Positions 27,601 to 27,755 of a stretch of 27,755 nucleotides of DNA are shown piece by piece. The position numbers were made by a program, and so were the translations under genes. The notes beneath the pieces are model-generated. The model searched no databases. It was not told the origin of the DNA and saw nothing but the letters and a program-made list of their open reading frames with translations. Numbering within the stretch: the first letter of the stretch is position 1; every line of letters starts with the position of its first letter. Source of the stretch: a virus (Duplodnaviria > Caudoviricetes); IMG/VR virus record IMGVR_UViG_3300032233_000428, positions 1 to 27,755 of that record, one strand, 5' to 3'.

Positions 27601-27755
27601 TACTGGGTCAGATCCATATAGTTTCCAACCTATCAACTCAGCTAGCATTGGGATATACTCATCTGGGCACTCGTCAAGGTCGTTCAATACTTCTATCCTA
27701 TCGACCATGTTAGAGTAATCAGCAAATGCAAATGAAAATGCTTTAAGTAATTTTA
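24688..27755 (-). CDS. Baseplate wedge protein (P2 gpI / T4 gp7-like domain); 5' end outside window
   Basis: The frame stays open beyond 27708 to the window edge (KLLKAFSFAFADYSN-MVD...). DLDECPDEYIPMLAELIGW...WRLQL.NAV.IYK.VGT..SI matches the tail protein I pattern. Confidence 0.7.
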   Translation of the reverse strand, partial: KLLKAFSFAFADYSNMVDRIEVLNDLDECPDEYIPMLAELIGWKLYGSDPVRWRLQLANAVDIYKTVGTKKSIQFVINSVLGPGVKDVSSSISECWESYVPFLIYYALATESPLLKDFSTWTPRLQHDLNVVGYSFSSMDENIRMCVDKIITDTVYQFKNNFILAGAPFNLNSLNFVFNYRGRDLKVPPFEEIPYYSKVIMNTQMIDYIEDRLLCFQVPIEFARKVSDYIKSRTLLADDDFSMRNSWLMFTSSMQFPPNWDDVIKDVTNSKSEYLPLWNGKSSHFKLILDISSFDFSKTTLEADSKVALTMIAQAVEDFTPAKSIGELIARASLSSSDYSMSNVHFQYINSNIKDTARLNVASNMFLGGYGSSALLMSTYKKGLNNNGVNLSRRNSDSISDPLMVPSGTIGLLPRKTHRRRNHKFLLPTEGFYNKSGFNMPSPFESYSGSFMPLGLIPSSQTYVPVTDHVNLPDIYNKCENLNSTKTYYGVAVSNTFPVRGWRGIESNAKITSKGVRPDYYLDYGQLDPLIATIHYINENAKLFQASSYYSTRQDELIASGIYDNLLINYVNNLTQFSGGFPNSIDDYYNFKLGREFHKLYYDYTHNFQRHRVTLGVLDLDGPTVFAHAYGSILMNSKLKDLGSFGSNVTTTSLENLIEININSNLTSGTFVASSTSSIPINYADYRNSGVLKYVELCQVSGSSPRNTFAILSIPKPSGPESRYNPLIHDNILIRQQSYDKLGRILFDIKKYQTDQNLGFDVSNNFLTPNHEYKLSFNSIICDEDGRNTGGGTFGVWIHTKEENGKVWSYCKDKCWKQHSVSDITSDLILSQYSNLYSHPFTARDLEVIRCSRFVTIDNPLRKSDVIASLSESEFITNELSFNTNNKDIILPSDYLNEVHRLDQNYIIEIFTLPTQNSKFSLMYKFNLIDLTLSKWAKPLVGVINNEDFRINLSKEQLLTIIRYLNNIANTYASRVAANTSSYYETSGGSRISYAESPDWSSPGTQTLNGSYIVSSITLKN

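Noticed and set aside
1-27755. CRISPR array, tRNA, rRNA, IS element, DGR
   Set aside because: Intergenic gaps are 100 bp or less, with no spaced repeats or cloverleaf; no transposase or reverse transcriptase motifs seen.

Overview
Segment of a large lytic, T4-related (contractile-tailed) phage genome, almost entirely on the minus strand. From the right end it carries baseplate and tail-fibre/spike genes (one with an inserted Kelch propeller), three prohead-core-like ORFs, prohead protease, scaffold, major capsid protein, neck proteins, tail terminator, sheath and tube, and then an 834-aa protein with a PD-(D/E)xK-like motif. The left 4 kb is a replication/transcription block with an Hjc-like resolvase, two small ORFs (RHH-like and Cys-less thioredoxin-like) and a gp55-like late sigma factor. 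The most notable feature is a family A DNA polymerase encoded as three separate ORFs: degenerate family-4 UDG plus ExoI/II; ExoIII plus the start of the thumb; and the rest of the thumb/polymerase, truncated by the window edge and absent from the ORF track. An AT-rich glycosyltransferase-like gene, flanked by an 11/13 direct repeat, sits in the middle of the exonuclease domain. Intergenic gaps show two promoter-like classes placed very close to start codons, plus recurrent AT-only inverted repeats. All calls are from motif recognition by eye; no searches were run.
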